A stretch of DNA of 55,001 nt from a virus (Duplodnaviria; Caudoviricetes): positions 1 through 55,001 of the IMG/VR virus record IMGVR_UViG_3300037424_000895. One strand, given 5' to 3'. The notes beneath the pieces are model-generated. The model worked only from the letters and a program-made list of their open reading frames with translations, was not told where the DNA came from and made no database searches. How positions within the stretch are numbered: position 1 is the stretch's first letter; the number at the start of each line of letters is the position of its first letter. The translations under genes were made by a program, and so were the position numbers. This document shows positions 44,539 through 54,314 of this stretch, one piece after another.

Positions 44539-44949
44539 TCATTCACTTTCGCTTACTGGATTGCCACTGACAGTGACAGCAGCAGCAACTGCATGTTGAC
44601 GCTGACCTGACAGGAGCAGGTCAGCGATGTTTTCAGGCAGACGCTCACGTTTGATCTTCTTGAGTGAGCGGTGAGCAGCTTTTGCCGCATCGTCGACAGA
44701 GCCAGACTTTTCCACCAAACCCTGCAACAGTTCATTGCGAGATTGTTTCGAGAGGAACCTGAACAGATTGTCATCACGTAGACGCGCGATGCGTTCTACA
44801 ATGAAGACCAGATCTTCGATCTGGATGATTAGATCCTGCAGTACGACGTCATTAATGAAGACCAGATCTTCGATCTGGATGATTAGATCCTGCAGTACGA
44901 CGTCATTGTCGATCACTTGAGTTGGGACGGTTGCTGTTACATCGGTCAT
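44539..44949 (-). CDS. Hypothetical protein with an 18-aa tandem duplication
   Basis: NDVVLQDLIIQIEDLVFI occurs twice. Confidence 0.7.
   Translation of the reverse strand: MTDVTATVPTQVIDNDVVLQDLIIQIEDLVFINDVVLQDLIIQIEDLVFIVERIARLRDDNLFRFLSKQSRNELLQGLVEKSGSVDDAAKAAHRSLKKIKRERLPENIADLLLSGQRQHAVAAAVTVSGNPVSESE
44800..44907. repeat. Perfect 54-bp tandem duplication
   Basis: 44800-44853 is identical to 44854-44907. Confidence 0.95.
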
Positions 44950-45458
44950 TTTGATTCTCCTTTGAGGCCGGGTAGATCTTCTACTGCCAATGGTCCCTCT
45001 CCGTAGAGAGAAGTTCCATAGACTCGCAGAAGGGTTGAAAATACATGTCGATTGTACACGTCATAACTTGGAGGAAAGTCCAAGTTATAGATACGTGCGA
45101 TGAACTTTGCCACCGCAGCAGATCTTGAGATGCCAGCTTCACAGTGACAGATTGCGTGTAGAGTATCATCTTGATGTTGTTTCAAGAACTTCAAGATCTT
45201 GACCGCGTCATCTTCGTTAAAGAGTCGGTAATGTTTAACATCTGCAGCGTTCATGAGACCAGGATCGCGATCATCATACTCGAGTCTCAGGACTGCCTTC
45301 CAAGTATCATCATGCAACTTTGCTGGCGAGCAGTTCCACGAGACGGTGTCAGGAATCGCGGGTGTCGTCATGGAGATCAAGACACGCGTGTCTTGTCCGC
45401 TGGGTTCCCAGAAGATTTCAGCTCGTTGTTTTGAGACGAAGTTAGTGATCGTGAACAT
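44946..45458 (-). CDS. Cys-based (PTP/dual-specificity) phosphatase
   Basis: HCEAGISRSAA (CX5R). Confidence 0.9.
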   Translation of the reverse strand: MFTITNFVSKQRAEIFWEPSGQDTRVLISMTTPAIPDTVSWNCSPAKLHDDTWKAVLRLEYDDRDPGLMNAADVKHYRLFNEDDAVKILKFLKQHQDDTLHAICHCEAGISRSAAVAKFIARIYNLDFPPSYDVYNRHVFSTLLRVYGTSLYGEGPLAVEDLPGLKGESK

Positions 45459-46285
45459 CAGCAGCTTTCAGTTCGAGTTGAAAACTCTTTTGAGATCTTG
45501 GTGAAGTTGGAATGGTACCCAGGAATCTTGTAATAACCTTCACCCAAACATCCCCAATACAACTCTTGCACAGCATTATCTGTCATCTTAGGCAAGATCT
45601 CCTTGATCACTTCTGGGGTCTGTCCGAGAATGTACTTGATCGGTCTGATGATCGTGTGATGGCCAGGCTCTTGAGCGAGTTTCAGGTAGTCCTCGATCGA
45701 GGAGATCGCGGCAAAATTCAGCTTAGCCTCGATGTCAGGAGAGTCTCCTACGTAGTTTGCGTAATATAGGAAGAACACATCGTTATCGATGTTGTCACGA
45801 TCGAGGATGTCTACGAGTTTTTCTTCGTGTGTACCGGTGATGCGAACATCGTCTATGAAGATGAGAGTCTTCCCCTCGATGAAGTCGCGGTTGAGATAGA
45901 ATGAGTCATTGTCGATGAGACTCTTACGTTTGTCTTTTGACAAGAATCCGTAGTCATTCGTGTAGCTGACCTTGCGGTGGATGATCGAGTAGTCCAAGTG
46001 ACTGCCGTTTGAACTGACCAGCAATTCATTGAGCTTGTTCGCGAAGTGCATCGTCAGCACAGTAGCAGCATTCTTGATGAAGTTGTACGGCGACGGAATG
46101 ACGACACAGTTGTTAGCGAGAAGATGATCAGAGTGTGCCTCAAAGAACTTGATCGCTAGCTCTCGTCCTAACTTCTTTGCTGCAGAATCACTACCGAACT
46201 TTAGCCTGGAGTACTCATGGGCAGAAAACCCAGAAGATTGCAGATCACAAAAGGAGTGAACGAAAAAGCGTTGATGGTTACCCAT
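45458..46285 (-). CDS. Phosphoribosyltransferase-like protein (PRTase_2 type)
   Basis: YSRLKFGS, IFIDDVRITGTHE PRPP loop. Confidence 0.85.
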   Translation of the reverse strand: MGNHQRFFVHSFCDLQSSGFSAHEYSRLKFGSDSAAKKLGRELAIKFFEAHSDHLLANNCVVIPSPYNFIKNAATVLTMHFANKLNELLVSSNGSHLDYSIIHRKVSYTNDYGFLSKDKRKSLIDNDSFYLNRDFIEGKTLIFIDDVRITGTHEEKLVDILDRDNIDNDVFFLYYANYVGDSPDIEAKLNFAAISSIEDYLKLAQEPGHHTIIRPIKYILGQTPEVIKEILPKMTDNAVQELYWGCLGEGYYKIPGYHSNFTKISKEFSTRTESC

Positions 46286-46928
46286 GATAAATTTCCTTGA
46301 CGACGTTGAACAAAGTTTCTGGATTCTTGATCAGCTCGAACTTGAAACCAACTGCTTCAGCACCACCGTCACAGACTTCATGATCGCCGATATGAGTTAC
46401 ATTGATCGTGTTAGCTTGCTTCAAGATGTTCTTGAAGAACTCAGGATTCGGTTTAGCTGTACCGCAGAGATCAGAGTATACTCCAAAGTCAAACTTGACT
46501 CCTAGAGTTTTCTCCAAGAACGGATGCATGATCTTTCCAGAGATGAAGTTAGAATTGCTTCCAATTCCGATCAAAAAGCCATTTTCCTGTGCAAAGTTGA
46601 CAGCTTTGATCACTTGCAATGGGACTTTTGGAGAATATACAAGAAACAACTCGTTGACTTTATGTATCAAGTCAAAAAGATCACTCTCATCAAGCTGTAC
46701 TTGTAGCTCACTTAAGAGAGTACGATATACAGCAGGGGTATTAAAGCCAATGCCGTATATTTCGGCCTTAGTATCAACTTGACGTTTCACCTTGGTGTAA
46801 GCTTTGCTTGCCGATTCTTCATCAACTCCAAGCGTTGATGCGATCAGCTGTTTACGATGAGCAGCAAACACAGGATTTGGAATGATGAGCGTGTTCCAAA
46901 CATCAAATGAGATAGCTTTCATCATCAA
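46278..46928 (-). CDS. HAD hydrolase
   Basis: FDVWNTL, SNS, KPNP, HIGD...DGG. Confidence 0.88.
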   Translation of the reverse strand: MMMKAISFDVWNTLIIPNPVFAAHRKQLIASTLGVDEESASKAYTKVKRQVDTKAEIYGIGFNTPAVYRTLLSELQVQLDESDLFDLIHKVNELFLVYSPKVPLQVIKAVNFAQENGFLIGIGSNSNFISGKIMHPFLEKTLGVKFDFGVYSDLCGTAKPNPEFFKNILKQANTINVTHIGDHEVCDGGAEAVGFKFELIKNPETLFNVVKEIYHG

Positions 46929-47194
46929 TCCAGAATAGATCCTGCAACTTCGGCGATTCCAGATACAATCCCTCCGACTGCTTCGGCAGTGCCTGATGCA
47001 ACTTCACCGATCAAGTTACATGCGGGTTTGATCAAGTCGATTGGGCTTGGAGTAAGAGCTTCTTCAGCTACTTCTTTGAGAGCCGAAACGGTTCTGGAAT
47101 CAGAGTTACTATTATCCCCTCTGCGTCGTTGATATTCGTCGCAGGTTCCAGCGCAGCAAAATTCTGGATTACTGTGAATGGGGCATTTGCTCAT
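46925..47194 (-). CDS. Hypothetical protein
   Basis: 89-aa ORF. Confidence 0.6.
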   Translation of the reverse strand: MSKCPIHSNPEFCCAGTCDEYQRRRGDNSNSDSRTVSALKEVAEEALTPSPIDLIKPACNLIGEVASGTAEAVGGIVSGIAEVAGSILD

Positions 47195-47373
47195 CGGTAG
47201 CTCCCCACTTTTGCAAATTTATCAGGCATGTTCCATTCAGTAGGAAATTCGCCTTCTTCAAGAGTAGTGACATCAATACCTGTCACTCCATAATGGTCTT
47301 CGTCGAAGACTGTCAGATCACCATGTTCTGCTATCGCAGCTTCTATCGCTAACTTCAACTCAGATAGTTTCAT
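47191..47373 (-). CDS. Hypothetical early protein
   Basis: Downstream of the early promoter at 47400-47428. Confidence 0.65.
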   Translation of the reverse strand: MKLSELKLAIEAAIAEHGDLTVFDEDHYGVTGIDVTTLEEGEFPTEWNMPDKFAKVGSYR

Positions 47374-47476
47374 CTCAATTCCCTCATATTTGAGGATACA
47401 TTATATCATGTACATCAAGAAAGTAAACACGTTATTGTAGAGATCAATAAATACTTAACACATAGAGGAGATTGTC

Positions 47477-48043
47477 ATGCGCTTGAAAGAATTTCTCATC
47501 GAATCTTCGATAAACAAAGCTTCAAATTTCATCAGTCAGAACTTGAACGAGAGCGTAGTAGACTACCTTCAATTAGTCTATGCTAAGCTGAAGAACAAGA
47601 AGCCTGAAGAACTCTTCAAGCAAGGATCTCGTGATGCTCTTGACCTTGATCACCTAGCGATGATCATCACAGGTCTGAAAATCATCGCCGAACCTGACTA
47701 TCGTGCGAGCATTACAAAGCAAGACGTAGGGGTAAACATCAATGATGCAAAAGAGCTCTTTAACCTGTTGAATCAAGTAAACAAGCTAGGCGATGATCCA
47801 GCAAGCATCGTAAATGTTTTCAAGGCTCTCACCAAGCTAGCAATGCCATCTCTCAAGAGACAGCGACAGGAGCTAGAGATTCTGAAGGTGGGAGACGATG
47901 CTGAGCGTGATCACATGGCTCAAAACATCCAAAAACTGACGCTCAAGACTACACAACTATTCAACAAAGTCCGGGCAGCTTCAACAGGGACTCGAGGAGT
48001 AGACGTCCCCACTCTCGGTGACGTGGGACGTCTAACACCTTAA
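47477..48043 (+). CDS. Late protein, possible internal head protein
   Basis: MRLKEFLIE N-terminus; AATAAATA at 47446-47453; GAGGAG RBS. Confidence 0.7.
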   Translation: MRLKEFLIESSINKASNFISQNLNESVVDYLQLVYAKLKNKKPEELFKQGSRDALDLDHLAMIITGLKIIAEPDYRASITKQDVGVNINDAKELFNLLNQVNKLGDDPASIVNVFKALTKLAMPSLKRQRQELEILKVGDDAERDHMAQNIQKLTLKTTQLFNKVRAASTGTRGVDVPTLGDVGRLTP

Positions 48044-48280
48044 TACTCTAAAGGCTTTTGCGAAAGTCCTCCGGCTGCTGCCTGGGCATCATTGATTGTT
48101 AGATCAACTCCACAGTCCATGCGCCAGGGACAGTGAGACAACATCCAGGACGAGCAGTCATCTTCTCCGAAGCAACAGGGTGACTCAGGATTCCGCAACT
48201 CACGAATGAGCTTCTCGACGTGAACTGCGTCTTTTCCTGAGTTCTTCAAGTTAGCTTCTTCATCAAGAAGCCGTTGTATG

Positions 48281-48541
48281 TCAGTCATCAAACTCTCCAC
48301 CACAGTCCTTGCACACTTGAGAATCGTCAAGCTCGCAAGGTTCAAACCACCAGTTGCAGGCAACACACTCCATCGTGATTTCGTCAAGCTCATGTAGCAG
48401 TTCGATTGGAACTTCCTCGAGCGTTAAGTCTTCAACTTCGAAGACCTGAGAAAGAATTGTATCGACTGACTGGCATGTGCCTAGAAGGTCTTCACCTACC
48501 CTGCGGATCTTATCGTATCCGTCGGTGTCAGCACTGATCAT
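48281..48541 (-). CDS. Small Zn-finger protein
   Basis: CVACNWW...CKDC. Confidence 0.65.
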   Translation of the reverse strand: MISADTDGYDKIRRVGEDLLGTCQSVDTILSQVFEVEDLTLEEVPIELLHELDEITMECVACNWWFEPCELDDSQVCKDCGGEFDD

Positions 48542-49143
48542 GACTTATCCCTTGAAAGAACCTTGTCGATCAGCCCATAGTTGACTGCCCCCTCAGCGTT
48601 CAGGAAGTTGTCACGATCGGTGTCGCGCTCAAGCTCTTCCACCGTACGACCGCAGTGCTTTGCCATGATCTCATTCAGCATCCGCTTCATGGACAGAATT
48701 TCCTTCGCGTGGATCTCGATATCCGAAGCTTGACCGCGGAATCCACCCAGAGGTTGGTGAATCATCACGCGAGAGTGCGGTAGTGCAAACCGGCTACCCT
48801 TGGCACCCGCGGCCAACAGCAGTGCACCCATACTTGCGGCTTGACCGATGCACAGTGTGATGATCTTAGGCCTGATGTACTGCATCGTGTCATAGATCGC
48901 CATTCCAGCGGTGACTGAACCGCCGGGTGAGTTGATGTAGAGATTGATGGGTTTGTCAGGGTCTTCAGACTCCAGAAACAACATCTGGGCAACCACCACG
49001 TTGGCTGTGTAGTCATCGATCTCCCCGACAAGAAAGATTACGCGCTCTTTCAACAGTCGTGAGTAGATGTCATAAGCACGCTCGCCGTGCTGCCCAGAAT
49101 CCACGACCATCGGAACTAGATTCATCGCTTTTGCTTCTTTCAT
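48538..49143 (-). CDS. clpP: ATP-dependent Clp protease proteolytic subunit
   Basis: [45 protein letters not shown] before MKEAKAM. Confidence 0.97.
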   Translation of the reverse strand: MKEAKAMNLVPMVVDSGQHGERAYDIYSRLLKERVIFLVGEIDDYTANVVVAQMLFLESEDPDKPINLYINSPGGSVTAGMAIYDTMQYIRPKIITLCIGQAASMGALLLAAGAKGSRFALPHSRVMIHQPLGGFRGQASDIEIHAKEILSMKRMLNEIMAKHCGRTVEELERDTDRDNFLNAEGAVNYGLIDKVLSRDKS

Positions 49144-49363
49144 TCTTCTCTCCTGTTTATGCACTGCCAAATTTGTAAGACTTGAATCTCGGTTCACCTT
49201 CATCTTTGTGAACGAAGAACCCAAGGTCATCTAGTTCTTTCTTGTCTTCCTCAGACACATCTTCTGGGTTGATCCCTACGATGTACATGACGTCATGCTC
49301 ACAGTGTGGGCCATGACGGATTTCCATACTTTAGGAAGATCGTGAGAGCTTTGATCAGATCTT

Positions 49364-49888
49364 TCATTCTTCTCCTATTGTAATCAGTTTGTGTGTTGTC
49401 TCATCAAAGTAGACGATCATGTAGTCAGGCAGATCTTTCTTGATCGCCTCTGATACTTGTAAACCTTGTTCAGAGAAGGTCTTGATGTCGAAGGTCGGTT
49501 GCTTCCGTTGATTAGGATCTAGATAGTCATCGTTGTACTCGTAGAGATCACACCAAGCCATCAAGAGCTTCAACGTTTCAGCTGAGAGATTGTAGTTCTC
49601 TGGATCAACGTTGCAACCGTCAGCTCTCCACAGACCTGTAGAGCTGTAGTCTGCCATCACCTTCAGGTATTTGGGTTTGAATAGCCGATTGAATTCTTGC
49701 TTGCAAGTTTCCTGATCATTCAACAGGTGATCATCGTCCCAGTCGCCAATCTCTTTGACTTCAGCCGACATCACTTGAGGTGAGATGCAATGGTTTGGGT
49801 ATCTTGTGTTCTCGATGACACTCTTGATTTCTTCAAGATCTAACCCGTCGAAGTTGACGATCAACAGCTCTATCTTAATTGCCTGCAT
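49364..49888 (-). CDS. Hypothetical protein
   Basis: 174-aa ORF. Confidence 0.7.
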   Translation of the reverse strand: MQAIKIELLIVNFDGLDLEEIKSVIENTRYPNHCISPQVMSAEVKEIGDWDDDHLLNDQETCKQEFNRLFKPKYLKVMADYSSTGLWRADGCNVDPENYNLSAETLKLLMAWCDLYEYNDDYLDPNQRKQPTFDIKTFSEQGLQVSEAIKKDLPDYMIVYFDETTHKLITIGEE

Positions 49889-50007
49889 TCTTTTTCTCCA
49901 GAGTTAGATGTACAGTTTTGCCAGTCCTTTCGCAGTAGGACTTGATCCATTGCTTGTCACTGATGCGCAATACAACTTGCTTACAATGCTTGCATACATA
50001 GCGTCTC

Positions 50008-50268
50008 TTACGAATTTTCACTATCACTTTCTTCTCCGGTGAAAGCAAGATAATCTTCCTTGCACTTGAACTCATTCCACCCAGTGATCACAACAATGAC
50101 GTCGCTGTCGTGAATTTGACTCCGTGCAGATTCTTTCAAGAATTTATATGACGGGAAATTATCACTTGAAATCCAAAGGTTCCCATCACCGACTCGGTAT
50201 CGATTCTGCCACGTGTAAGTGAATAGAAAGTATCTCATCTTCTTCATTGTGTAGGATCCTTTGCCCAC
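50008..50268 (-). CDS. Hypothetical protein
   Basis: 86-aa ORF. Confidence 0.55.
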   Translation of the reverse strand: MGKGSYTMKKMRYFLFTYTWQNRYRVGDGNLWISSDNFPSYKFLKESARSQIHDSDVIVVITGWNEFKCKEDYLAFTGEESDSENS

Positions 50269-50690
50269 TCATAGTAATCACGAACACCTATCGAGCAAGG
50301 ACGATCAGAATCACTACCAAGCTCAAAGAAAACGTGGTAGATCTTGCCTTGATAGTGATATTGCCGTTCTCCGACGTGAAAAGAACAAGTTTCATGGAAA
50401 GGCTTTAGACCCTTCAAGTTTGCCCATACACCGTCGGCTTCAGATTCCAAGAGATCAACGACTCGATAGTCTCCGAGAACTTCTTTCAAGATGTTGAAGT
50501 TTCGATCTTCTGCTGCTTTCTTCTTGTCCGCAGGGCAGCCGCAGCGTGAACGTGGCTTGTCATGGTCTGTGCACCAACCGCAAAACTGATGACTTGGTTT
50601 CCCAGCATCCGGACAGTTGCAGCGCTCCAGATCATCGTGGATCGGATCTTCACCGGTCTTCTGCTTGAAGATTTCCGCGGTGATCTTCAT
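50244..50690 (-). CDS. Cys-rich hypothetical protein
   Basis: DDLERCNC...H..CGWC..H.KPR..CGC. Confidence 0.7.
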   Translation of the reverse strand: MKITAEIFKQKTGEDPIHDDLERCNCPDAGKPSHQFCGWCTDHDKPRSRCGCPADKKKAAEDRNFNILKEVLGDYRVVDLLESEADGVWANLKGLKPFHETCSFHVGERQYHYQGKIYHVFFELGSDSDRPCSIGVRDYYEWAKDPTQ

Positions 50691-51319
50691 GTATTCTCCT
50701 TCAATTTGTTCGGAATGACTGCTCTAGACATCCAGTGTTCATCTGTCTGTACATGACCCTTGCGAACCCACTTGGCTACCTTCATCCCAAAGTCATCAAA
50801 CGGAATAGCATCAGTGACCCGAACAACAAAACCTTCTACCTTATGAGGGTCGAGGTTCACAGCAAGATCATGAAGTACTTTCTCGTCAAAGATGCCGCGA
50901 TAGAAACGTTTTGGCTGAACGATACCTAGCTCTTTGAACAGTTCATCTTGAGCACGTACACTGATAGCCACGTTTCGCTCTGTCCAAATCGAGAAGCCGT
51001 AGAAGTAGCTCTCGAGGTCATCATAGGCAATCGAGTGTTGGGCGTACATGTTCTCACCGCAGATTCTCCAACCATCAGGAATCTGATACGCGATATTGCC
51101 GTGAAAGCGCTTTAGCCAATCACGCGACGGGTGATGTCTTGAGTCGAGGCTTCGAGCATGAAAACCATCACGGTAGAGGCTTGAGTTCTCTCCGTCCATC
51201 TTCTCGGTGACGATGACTTCATGGCCTAGAAGGCCAGAAAGAGACTCGATGAGACGATCATCGTTCTGAAGCCCAGGTGAAAAATCAAGATGCATCGTGC
51301 GAGGATATTTGATCTTCAT
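50687..51319 (-). CDS. ATP-dependent RNA ligase (Rnl-type adenylyltransferase domain)
   Basis: KYPRT.HL..SPG...DD, TEKMDGEN (motif I), CGEN, EGFVVR, AKWVR. Confidence 0.88.
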   Translation of the reverse strand: MKIKYPRTMHLDFSPGLQNDDRLIESLSGLLGHEVIVTEKMDGENSSLYRDGFHARSLDSRHHPSRDWLKRFHGNIAYQIPDGWRICGENMYAQHSIAYDDLESYFYGFSIWTERNVAISVRAQDELFKELGIVQPKRFYRGIFDEKVLHDLAVNLDPHKVEGFVVRVTDAIPFDDFGMKVAKWVRKGHVQTDEHWMSRAVIPNKLKENT

Positions 51320-51906
51320 ATTGCTTCTTCTAAGAATGGTATAAAATATTTACAGCTCACATTTAGCTGGCTGTTCCAGTATTCAAATCCACTTTTTAAC
51401 CAATCGGAGTAGTCGAGAACCTTCTTGTTGCTGCCCGAACGAGCGAGGTAATCCGCTCTCATGTTATCGATTATGAAGCTATGCCCCTTTACCTTATGAA
51501 GAGACATGTTCATCAGCCAGTAGATCATCTTCTCCACCAGATAATCATCTTCATTAAAGAAGAACTTCTTGAACCTCTTGATTCGGTCGATAGTGTCTCC
51601 GCGCAGCTTACTAAAGTTCTCAGGAGTGACGTTGAATCCACTGTTAGCAACCCACTGACAGTCTGTGAAAATCGTCACTTCACTTGGCTTGAATCCATGC
51701 ATCTCAGCATATTCGATCGCACGGTGCAAAGCTGTCATCTCATGATAGCCGGTTTGGCCATGTTCTACTTCAAAAGACCCAGCAAACTCTTGCCGACCGT
51801 GTACTGGATGAAGAGCGACTACTCCCCAGCCTAGAAGCGTCTTCTTCAATTTAGTATGTTTTGTGAAGAATTCGCTACCGTCGATGTACATGACGAGGTT
51901 GCTCAT
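51316..51906 (-). CDS. rnhA: RNase H-like protein
   Basis: YIDGS, GWGVV, E..AL..AI, IFTD, VKGHS...N.RAD.LA. Confidence 0.85.
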   Translation of the reverse strand: MSNLVMYIDGSEFFTKHTKLKKTLLGWGVVALHPVHGRQEFAGSFEVEHGQTGYHEMTALHRAIEYAEMHGFKPSEVTIFTDCQWVANSGFNVTPENFSKLRGDTIDRIKRFKKFFFNEDDYLVEKMIYWLMNMSLHKVKGHSFIIDNMRADYLARSGSNKKVLDYSDWLKSGFEYWNSQLNVSCKYFIPFLEEAI

Positions 51907-52190
51907 CAGAACTTCTCCGCGGCTAGCAATGCGCGGCGCATCGTTCCGTTCATGTAACCTTCCCCAGGCTCTCTGAGCAAAGCAACGTGATCAATGTCCT
52001 TGTCCAGACACTCAATAACTAGTTGACTGAACTCCATCCCCGCAAGTTGCGTTGCTCGCGAATGATGTTTGATTAGACGAGTGAAGGCATGGAGATTGAT
52101 CGCTCCAGTCTTAGTCCACTCATAGATCAACTTCAGCTGATCTTCGAGAGCCCTTCCTGTGAGTTTTTCTTGTGCTTCGTCGAATTTCAT
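51906..52190 (-). CDS. Hypothetical early protein
   Basis: GGAGGT RBS within the promoter cassette. Confidence 0.7.
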   Translation of the reverse strand: MKFDEAQEKLTGRALEDQLKLIYEWTKTGAINLHAFTRLIKHHSRATQLAGMEFSQLVIECLDKDIDHVALLREPGEGYMNGTMRRALLAAEKF

Positions 52191-52272
52191 GAATTACCTC
52201 CATTTGTTTGATGGAGTAATTATATCATGAGCATCAAAAAAGTAAACTCTTATTTGAGTCTTAGTGAAGCTT
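52187..52272 (-). repeat. 86-bp early-promoter/stem-loop/RBS cassette, copy 1
   Basis: Identical to 54311-54396. Confidence 0.95.
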
Positions 52273-52564
52273 TCACTGCGTTCTCATGTGAGCTGAAGAT
52301 CTTCTTGTAGAGATCAGCCGGTAAGAATCCCTCCGGGCAGTTCTTACCTCCAGAAGAATGCCACTCTTCAGCATCGGCATGGTGCTTTTCGCATAGAGTG
52401 ATGCCGTTTTCCTTCACGTAACCACCGTTCGGCATCTCATTCCTGTCGGTGATGTGGTGCGCATCAAGATTTTCAGTACGTTCACAAAATTTACACTTGT
52501 AGCCGTCTCGCTTGAATACCGCGTCACGAAAGTTCTCACGAACCTGCTTTTTCTTTGTGCTCAT
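52250..52564 (-). CDS. Small HNH-family protein
   Basis: VFKRDGYKC.FC, LDAHHI, NGITLC..HH. Confidence 0.82.
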   Translation of the reverse strand: MSTKKKQVRENFRDAVFKRDGYKCKFCERTENLDAHHITDRNEMPNGGYVKENGITLCEKHHADAEEWHSSGGKNCPEGFLPADLYKKIFSSHENAVKASLRLK

Positions 52565-52874
52565 AAGTTAACGTTCCATGCTTATCTTTGGCTTGAATGA
52601 CTCGACCATAGATGATTCTTGTCCAGCCATTGTCATGACCGTGATTGTTGCTGATCAAGTACCGTTCTCCATCTTTCTTCGTGATCTTGTGAGCATCGAT
52701 GTAACGCCCGTTTACCTTGCAGAACACGATGTCACCAATCTTGTACTCGACTGATCTCTCATAGTCACAAGTAGACGGGTTTGGTAAGATCGGAAGCATG
52801 GAGCTTCCGAAACACTTCATTGTCCCGACACCTGTCTCAGTAAGAGACTTCTTCAGCATCTCATACTTGTTCAC
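52536..52874 (-). CDS. Peptidase S24/S26-like protein
   Basis: GSSM.P.L, IGDIVFC, AHKI. Confidence 0.6.
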   Translation of the reverse strand: MNKYEMLKKSLTETGVGTMKCFGSSMLPILPNPSTCDYERSVEYKIGDIVFCKVNGRYIDAHKITKKDGERYLISNNHGHDNGWTRIIYGRVIQAKDKHGTLTYEHKEKAGS

Positions 52875-53188
52875 TCGATCACTCCTGACTCCAATATACT
52901 CTTCACTTTATAGTACAGTTCTGGTTGGAATCTGGCTAGGATTGGGCGACCCATAAGCTTTGTCAGGTACCCAACCTTAGCTCTCTTTGCTGAGGGTAAA
53001 GTGTAGAACGCAGTTGCTCCCAGTAAGTAACGGTGCCCCTTGAATTGAGCCCAGGTAAACTTTCGTTGGATGACGTGAGCCTGTACTACCTTGATCTTTC
53101 GCCAAGGATGTTTAGCTGACACGAGGTAGACTGTAGCTACCATCACGTTCTTCTTAGGCTCTGGCCAGAAAGAATACTGGTAGTTCAT
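52871..53188 (-). CDS. Hypothetical protein
   Basis: 105-aa ORF. Confidence 0.65.
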   Translation of the reverse strand: MNYQYSFWPEPKKNVMVATVYLVSAKHPWRKIKVVQAHVIQRKFTWAQFKGHRYLLGATAFYTLPSAKRAKVGYLTKLMGRPILARFQPELYYKVKSILESGVIE

Positions 53189-53402
53189 ATCTTCTTTGCA
53201 ACTGCTTCGCCAGAGGGAGGCATCGGTTTAGGAAAGATACTCGATGTCGACGTTGTCTCCCTGTACTTGAAAGATCATTCCACCGTTGCCGTAGACCCGC
53301 ACGGTACCGTCAGCATGCATGTTCACTTCAACCCACGTATACTTTTCCATGATAATGGTATCCTATAAGACTTTTGTTTTAAGGAAGCTCAGGACCTTGT
53401 GG

Positions 53403-54314
53403 TTAATCTTTCACCACGATAGGCACATGACTGACTTTCTTTTGTTGTTCAAAGAACTGATTCTTGTACCCTACACAGTTGTTGATCAGCGTCGTCTCGC
53501 CTACTGTTGTCACGTTCTGGTAATGCGTGTGGCCGTAGAACCAGTATTTGACATGAGGGTTGTCCAAGATCAATTCACTTAGGTCGCTCGCATAGTAACC
53601 GCTGATGAAAGATGGGGGAAATTCAGGATTTCCTAGAGTTAACAGCGGGACGTGGTGGGTCATCACGACGATCTTCTTGTCACGATTCTGTTCAAAGATC
53701 AGCTTCAAGTAAGCTTTATGACGATTATGAGTCTCCAACCAACGTTCGGGAGTGAACCTCGAGAACCCGCTCGCATGCGGAATTTCAGATGGCCACATCA
53801 CGTCAACCCCCGGTCCATCTTCATAGACCGCAGACATGTCAGCATCTTTCATGAAAGTTGGTAGATTGAACACGGTCAAAGTCTCGCGCTTGTTCAGATC
53901 TGTCCACAGAGTGCACCCAACGAACAGATACTCTCCGTCCTCGTAGGTATCACAGTCAAGAACCTTGACGTTGTAGATTCCCATCTGAGTCAAGCGATCA
54001 TTGCACTTGCGAGCTCCATCCTTGATGGTCAGATACTCTTTACAAGCCCAGTAGTCATGGTTACCCAGCACGATCAAGACCATCTTAAAGCGATTTGCGA
54101 TCCCCTGAATCCATGACATACCGTTGCTGAAGATGAAGTGACTTCCGATCCACAGATCACCTGTCAGGAGTAAGGTTGTCTCCTTGTCATCTGCGCGGAA
54201 GGGTGGATACCAGAGCTCACCCCAGTGACCTTCTTCAAAGAAGGTACCGTTGTACTTTCCTGGGATCCAGTAACTGTCCAGATGGAGATCAGAGTATTGG
54301 CGAAGCTTAATCAT
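53403..54314 (-). CDS. Calcineurin-like metallophosphoesterase
   Basis: SDLH, GD, GNHD, THH.P, GHTH. Confidence 0.92.
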   Translation of the reverse strand: MIKLRQYSDLHLDSYWIPGKYNGTFFEEGHWGELWYPPFRADDKETTLLLTGDLWIGSHFIFSNGMSWIQGIANRFKMVLIVLGNHDYWACKEYLTIKDGARKCNDRLTQMGIYNVKVLDCDTYEDGEYLFVGCTLWTDLNKRETLTVFNLPTFMKDADMSAVYEDGPGVDVMWPSEIPHASGFSRFTPERWLETHNRHKAYLKLIFEQNRDKKIVVMTHHVPLLTLGNPEFPPSFISGYYASDLSELILDNPHVKYWFYGHTHYQNVTTVGETTLINNCVGYKNQFFEQQKKVSHVPIVVKD

